The translations under genes were made by a program, and so were the position numbers. A stretch of 39,191 nt of DNA from a virus. The first letter of the stretch is position 1, and each line of letters starts with the position of its first letter. The notes beneath the pieces are model-generated. The model did not search any database and was not told the origin of the DNA. It worked only from the letters and a program-made list of their open reading frames with translations. The stretch is taken from the UHGV virus genome UHGV-0190739, one strand, 5' to 3'. Below, piece after piece: positions 34,784-39,191 of the stretch.

Positions 34784-35363
34784 AATTCCCCGTCTCCTTT
34801 TCTTCCCTGGGCGTATCCCCATCCAGGACGTACCATGTCCACGGCCGTATATCTCCTGTCACTTCAAGCAGCCTGGCCCCGGTTATCAATCCGTTCTCCT
34901 CCCGGATCAGTCCCAGGACAGCTCCGGCCGCACCGCGCACCCTGGGATTTTCCCCTCTGGCTATGGCGACTCCGCCTTCCATATTCATTTCTGCCTGGTC
35001 TTTTCTGACCTGACAGCAACAGATATCATGCTCCCATGCCCTGGACGGATGGTTGACCATCCACATCATCCCATGGCCGGCCAGTTCCTTGATGGTCAGT
35101 TCCTTTAAAATTGTCAGTTCTGTGCTGGCGATCTTATTGTCCTCTTTCGCCTCATCAATGCTCCCGCCTGCTTCGCACATAAAATACCGGCTGTCTCCTA
35201 CCCCGTACCAGTGCAGGACATACAGCGGGTTTTCGACCGAGTGGAAACCGGTGTTTGCAGCCTTTGACTGCTCCTCCCTGTACGTTTTCCCGACCTCATA
35301 CTGGTATATTCCCTTCCCCATGGTACACGTCATATTTCCCCGCATCCCTTTGTATACAATCAT
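34671..35363 (-). CDS. Conserved phage hypothetical protein (YKG..QYEVGKTY..GFH family)
   Basis: MIVYKG, QYEVGKTY, GFHSVENP, KIASTELTILKEL. Confidence 0.75.
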   Translation of the reverse strand: MIVYKGMRGNMTCTMGKGIYQYEVGKTYREEQSKAANTGFHSVENPLYVLHWYGVGDSRYFMCEAGGSIDEAKEDNKIASTELTILKELTIKELAGHGMMWMVNHPSRAWEHDICCCQVRKDQAEMNMEGGVAIARGENPRVRGAAGAVLGLIREENGLITGARLLEVTGDIRPWTWYVLDGDTPREEKETGNYEEKAGHAAENNMAGGSELGKPDHSPEGRRYPDPGLV

Positions 35364-35845
35364 GATCCGTAATACTCCATGATCAGCCGTTTTGCAGTCC
35401 CCATATCCGGGATCCCGAGCGTCACCCGGACATTTTTCGGGATGCCTGCATACCCGGCCACCTCTTTGTTGATCTCCCTGGCATTTTCAAAACTCCATTT
35501 AAGCAGGACCCCGATGCATTTTTTCAGGCTCTTTCCCTTTCTCCGCACGGCCTTTGCCATTCCTTCGTCTTCCGTACACTGGATCCGGATGTAAGAGAGC
35601 CAGTCTTTCATGATCCCTTCCGGCTTCAGGTCTGCTTCCTCCACCTGGAGCTTTCCCATGGCCGCCATCAGAGTGCTGGCAAGCTCCGGAACGATTCCGT
35701 CCAGAAAATCCTCTACATCCTCCCGGTCGATTCCGTTTTCCTCCGCGATCACAAGGACCGCCTCTGTGTCACCTTCCCGCTTTTGGGCCTCTGCTGCCCG
35801 GTTTATCTCTTCAGCACTGTCAAATTCCCCGAATTTTTCAAACAT
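35360..35845 (-). CDS. PcfK-like protein
   Basis: MFEKFGEFDSAEEIN..; MAKAVRRKGKSLKKCI; ends IMEYY; adjacent to the PcfJ-like gene. Confidence 0.55.
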   Translation of the reverse strand: MFEKFGEFDSAEEINRAAEAQKREGDTEAVLVIAEENGIDREDVEDFLDGIVPELASTLMAAMGKLQVEEADLKPEGIMKDWLSYIRIQCTEDEGMAKAVRRKGKSLKKCIGVLLKWSFENAREINKEVAGYAGIPKNVRVTLGIPDMGTAKRLIMEYYGS

Positions 35846-36105
35846 CTCTGGTTCTCCTTCCTCTCATCGTATACAATTTTCATACGCACGATCCCGCGTC
35901 TCTGGTCCACGTTACAGACCATCTTTCCATTCTGTCGGCCCAGGTTCCTGGTCCAGATAAGGGCATGTCCTCCCATATGGCGCAGAAGCTCATAGATATA
36001 CCGCTCTGCTTCTTCCCTGGCCTTGCGTTCCTTTGCGATCTCCCGCTGCCGTCTTTCCAGCTCTGTCTCCAGCTGATGGATCCTTTTCTGATAATATCCT
36101 TTCAT
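35803..36105 (-). CDS. Hypothetical coiled-coil protein
   Basis: MKGYYQKRIHQLE; RBS AAGGAG. Confidence 0.65.
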   Translation of the reverse strand: MKGYYQKRIHQLETELERRQREIAKERKAREEAERYIYELLRHMGGHALIWTRNLGRQNGKMVCNVDQRRGIVRMKIVYDERKENQRCLKNSGNLTVLKR

Positions 36106-36115
36106 GTTTCTCCTT

Positions 36116-37123
36116 CTATCCATACTTCTCCTCTGCGGCCCAGACCGTCTCCCGGCTGATCGCCGCATAGCAGTCCAGTGTGGTCTGTACCTTTTCGTGC
36201 CCGAATTTTTTTGCAACAAGCTCCGCCGGCATCCCCCGGTTGATCAGATCGGTCCCGCGGGTCCTCCGGAACGTATGCGGCGTCAGCCGGACATGGGCCA
36301 GGCCCGGCTCCCTCTTCCGGATCGTCCGCAGGATCCCCTCGACCGCATCCCGGCTTAACCGCTCATACGGCCTCCTGGATCTGACAAAGAGCGCCGGATC
36401 TGTGTCGGTACGCTCCTCCAGGTAACGGGCCAGATGGACTCCGCACTCGGCCGAAAACATGACCTCCCGCTCCTTCCGGCCTTTTCCGTAGCATTTTGCC
36501 CTCCGGCGGCGCAGATCTATATCGGCCCGGTCCAGCCGGATCACCTCGGAGACGCGCATCCCGGAGCTGTACAGGAGATCCACAAGGGCCAGCTCCCGCT
36601 CGGTCCGGCACGCCGTCCGGATCAGTTCCCGCTGCTCCGCAGTCAGTACCGGCTGCATGATATACGCAGTCCTGGTGTCCCGGATCCGGCGGCACGGGTC
36701 CACATCTACATAGCCCTGATCTGCGCAGTACCGGAAGAAGCTCCGGACGGTACGGAGTCTCAAGTTATAGGTGCTGTCCTTCCATTTGCGGATCATTTTG
36801 CCCTCTGCCAGATATCTCTTGATATCCATTTCCGTGATATCCTTCAGATCCTTGTTTACCGCGAGCAGAAACTGGGACATATTATAGGCATAGGTCCGCA
36901 GGGTCTCCTCTGTGCAGCCATTCAGCTGCAGCTCGATCCCCCAGTCTCTGACCGCTTCCGGAAAGGCCACTCCTCCGGCAGATACGTCCGTACATGCCTC
37001 TGACAGCTGGTAACCGGACAGGTGCAGATACAGCACTGACCGGATATCCAGAGCCTTTTCATAGCCCGTAACATCCATCAGGTTCTCAGTGATCTCATTG
37101 ATCATTACGTTTATGTCTTTCAT
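36116..37123 (-). CDS. XerC/D-like tyrosine recombinase
   Basis: Full catalytic set: SGMR, GKG, PHTFRR, GHE, CY; SAM-like N-terminal domain; start MKDIN (RBS AAAGGAG). Confidence 0.92.
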   Translation of the reverse strand: MKDINVMINEITENLMDVTGYEKALDIRSVLYLHLSGYQLSEACTDVSAGGVAFPEAVRDWGIELQLNGCTEETLRTYAYNMSQFLLAVNKDLKDITEMDIKRYLAEGKMIRKWKDSTYNLRLRTVRSFFRYCADQGYVDVDPCRRIRDTRTAYIMQPVLTAEQRELIRTACRTERELALVDLLYSSGMRVSEVIRLDRADIDLRRRRAKCYGKGRKEREVMFSAECGVHLARYLEERTDTDPALFVRSRRPYERLSRDAVEGILRTIRKREPGLAHVRLTPHTFRRTRGTDLINRGMPAELVAKKFGHEKVQTTLDCYAAISRETVWAAEEKYG

Positions 37124-37982
37124 GACCTCTCCTTTCCCCACCGGCGCGGGGCCGGTGGCTGTCTTTATGTGAACGGGTATCCTGTGACATACCCACGGAG
37201 GGCCTGCCCCTCTGCTCCCAGTCTGAATCGCTGGGCTTTATTTTTACCATCACATACCTCTGGTATGGATAGCCCATCCGGTCATATCCGTTAAAAACGC
37301 TGTCCGGCAATATGTAATATCCCTTCTGCGGCCGCGGATCCCGTCTCCAGGTCCTGCCCTGCATCCGCTCCACGGTCTTTTTTGGCTTGGTCAGATTCCT
37401 GGAACAGGAATACCGCTGTTTGACAGCGCTGTCCTCATCCCGGAAAGTTCTCTCTGTCTCTTTTATGAGATAATCGGCTAACTGGCTGTATTCGCCGCTG
37501 TCGTATAGCATCACGAATTTGGGATTTCCGCGGATCCCGTCCTGGCCCCGCCGTACCGCCCACAATTCCCGGACCACGGCGGCCGTCATCTCCCCTCCCG
37601 TATTGATGGCATTGACCACCAGATGATGATGGATATGCTTTGACCGATATTCCGTGGCCACGATATATTTGAGCTCATGGCCTGCCTTCCGGTATCTCCG
37701 TCGCAGGCAGCTCAGGAATTTCTTCAACTCCTCCCGGGCCTCCTCCGGGGATGGCCTGATCTCCTTCCGGTATGTCAGTGTGATATGCCAGTCCCCTGGC
37801 CGGAAGTTGGCGTTCATTAACCGTTCCAGTTTTCTGACCGCCTGCCTCTTATTGGCCTCCCGGATCTCCTCCGGTGTCTTTTTCTTTATTGGCTCCCGCT
37901 GGGCACCTCTCCGGTTTTCCCTGGTATAGCAGTGGATGATCTCCTTGGTCGCTCCTGCCTTGTATGTGATCCTGTTGTGCAT
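37095..37982 (-). CDS. HUH-superfamily rolling-circle replication initiator-like protein
   Basis: Motif I HITLTY, motif II IHHHLVV, motif III LADYLIKE. Confidence 0.75.
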   Translation of the reverse strand: MHNRITYKAGATKEIIHCYTRENRRGAQREPIKKKTPEEIREANKRQAVRKLERLMNANFRPGDWHITLTYRKEIRPSPEEAREELKKFLSCLRRRYRKAGHELKYIVATEYRSKHIHHHLVVNAINTGGEMTAAVVRELWAVRRGQDGIRGNPKFVMLYDSGEYSQLADYLIKETERTFRDEDSAVKQRYSCSRNLTKPKKTVERMQGRTWRRDPRPQKGYYILPDSVFNGYDRMGYPYQRYVMVKIKPSDSDWEQRGRPSVGMSQDTRSHKDSHRPRAGGERRGHERHKRNDQ

Positions 37983-38147
37983 GGTATGCTCCTAAGTTTA
38001 ATCCTTTTATCGAGTCCAAAAACGCGATAATTTCTTGATTTTATGGGGCATATGTGTTATACTTTAATAACGATGATTCGTATATGAACTCCTGTTCATA
38101 TGCCCCATGGAGCCGTTTCCCCGGCTCCTTTTTTTCTGTCCATCTTT

Positions 38148-38438
38148 TTATCTGTCTTCCCGGAAAAACACCCGGGGAATCGCTTCTGAGAGCAGTCCCG
38201 ATACCAGAAATACCCCCATGACGGCAACAACCAGGCTCATTCCCATCCGATCCGTAAGGATCAGCGCAGTCACTCCCAGGCCAGCCCCGAAAAATAACAG
38301 GATCGCCAGGATAAGCGCATACACGGCCATTTCCTTTACCGCCTGGGCGGCCGCCAGCAGCCTTCTCCGGTTCCTTCTCCTTCTGGCCTCCTGAAACCGG
38401 TTCCTTTTTGTTATCACGATGCACGTGATCTTCTCCAT
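38148..38438 (-). CDS. Small membrane protein
   Basis: Arg-rich N-terminus followed by two hydrophobic helices. Confidence 0.55.
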   Translation of the reverse strand: MEKITCIVITKRNRFQEARRRRNRRRLLAAAQAVKEMAVYALILAILLFFGAGLGVTALILTDRMGMSLVVAVMGVFLVSGLLSEAIPRVFFREDR

Positions 38439-38581
38439 GTCCTTTTCCACCTTTCATAGTATTCCAGCCGGATATCCGGCGTCTTTTCTTCCATTTCCGC
38501 CTCACAGGCATCGCAGACCCGCTTTTCTCCCGGATCTACGTAGATCCGGCATCCGCACCGGTCGCACTTATATCCCTTCAT
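38414..38581 (-). CDS. Small zinc-ribbon protein
   Basis: CDRCG..VDPGE..CDAC. Confidence 0.65.
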   Translation of the reverse strand: MKGYKCDRCGCRIYVDPGEKRVCDACEAEMEEKTPDIRLEYYERWKRTWRRSRAS

Positions 38582-38789
38582 TTTCTTCCTTTCCAATCAC
38601 CTGGTTCAGCATCCGCCGGTAAATATAAAATGCCCATCTGGATGATCCGTTCTTTTCCGGCGGCACCGCCCGTCCAATAGGCAGCGTCTTCTTTTTCATC
38701 TGGAAGCGCACCGAAGTCGGTGACATTCCCAGGATCCGTGCCGCTTCATTCACGCTCACACGCTCTGACAGGGTTTCTTTTTCCTTCAT
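38568..38789 (-). CDS. Excisionase/AlpA-like winged-HTH DNA-binding protein
   Basis: RVSVNEAARILGMSPTSVRFQMKKKTLPIG..WAFYIY. Confidence 0.75.
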   Translation of the reverse strand: MKEKETLSERVSVNEAARILGMSPTSVRFQMKKKTLPIGRAVPPEKNGSSRWAFYIYRRMLNQVIGKEENEGI

Positions 38790-39004
38790 CTGGTTTCCTC
38801 CTCTTCCGGAATCTCCTTGAGATCTAACGCATACATGTGAATTGCAAAGTACAGCTCATCCACCAGCGTATAATTCTTCTGGATTCCCCGTTCTTTCATG
38901 TACTGGTGCTGTTTTTTTACCTGGTATTCCAGCTTCCGGACCTCTGGATCCGAAAGAAATATGGCATCCTGGGTCCCGTCCGGGAATGTGATCTGTAATT
39001 TCAT
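38786..39004 (-). CDS. Hypothetical protein
   Basis: RBS AAAGGAGG; ATGA overlap with the next gene. Confidence 0.65.
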   Translation of the reverse strand: MKLQITFPDGTQDAIFLSDPEVRKLEYQVKKQHQYMKERGIQKNYTLVDELYFAIHMYALDLKEIPEEEETR

Positions 39005-39099
39005 ATAGCGGCCTCCTTTCTCCTTGCTTGATATTGCCTTGATAATTCAGCAAACATTCATTCGCAAACGCCTTTTGCTTCGGTGTCAAACTCATTACA

Positions 39100-39191
39100 T
39101 CACCCAAATTTCATCTGTTCCAATTTCTCAATCTGGTTTTTCAGTCTAGCGATTTTCTTCTGGCGCATCTCTTCGGCTCTCCTAATGGCGG
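39100..39191 (-). CDS. 3' end of a phage hypothetical protein (partial)
   Basis: ..AIRRAEEMRQKKIARLKNQIEKLEQMKFG* by manual translation. Confidence 0.6.
   Translation of the reverse strand, partial: AIRRAEEMRQKKIARLKNQIEKLEQMKFG

Larger units (their letters stand above)
1450..39191 (-). mobile_element. Prophage (temperate, podovirus-like), extends beyond the right edge
   Basis: Contiguous minus-strand terS-terL-portal-protease-scaffold-capsid-tail-lysis and replication genes; no tape measure, sheath or major tail tube recognised; host genes to the left of ~1400. Left boundary approximate. Confidence 0.93.

Noticed and set aside
36116..37123. Calling this recombinase the prophage integrase
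   Set aside because: It lies mid-operon far from the boundary and is XerD-like without an evident arm-binding domain; the true integrase is probably beyond the right edge

Overview
Bases 1 to about 1400 are host chromosome: the 5' end of an ABC ATPase and a secreted protein with cell-wall-binding repeats. A Lachnospiraceae/Clostridia-type host is inferred from the protein families. From about 1450 to the right edge is one arm of a temperate prophage with podovirus-like organisation, almost all on the minus strand. In transcription order (right to left) it carries: early/replication genes (HUH Rep-like protein, XerD-like tyrosine recombinase, PcfK/PcfJ-like, DUF3102-like HTH protein); a plus-strand accessory island (XRE regulator, Zn-finger protein, two promoter-driven copies of a structured ncRNA candidate); terS, terL, portal, a phage Prp protease, scaffold and N4-gp56-type capsid; a tail-fibre module; adaptor/nozzle; two putative ejection proteins, one of 2588 aa; and holin-like genes. 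Four features stand out. (1) A tail-fibre shufflon built from two different classes of in-frame AAA-N6-TTT sites (AAATAATAATTT and AAAGTCCGATTT), suggesting nested two-level domain shuffling, with the endolysin inside it and no adjacent invertase. (2) A perfect 16-bp palindrome GTTGCACCGGTGCAAC present four times, three copies about 11.9 kb apart inside genes in different reading frames. (3) A duplicated ~130-nt structured RNA candidate with conserved sigma-A promoters. (4) A recurring GGGAGAA-N15/16-TGN-(-10) late-promoter motif. All family assignments are by eye from motifs, not from database searches.
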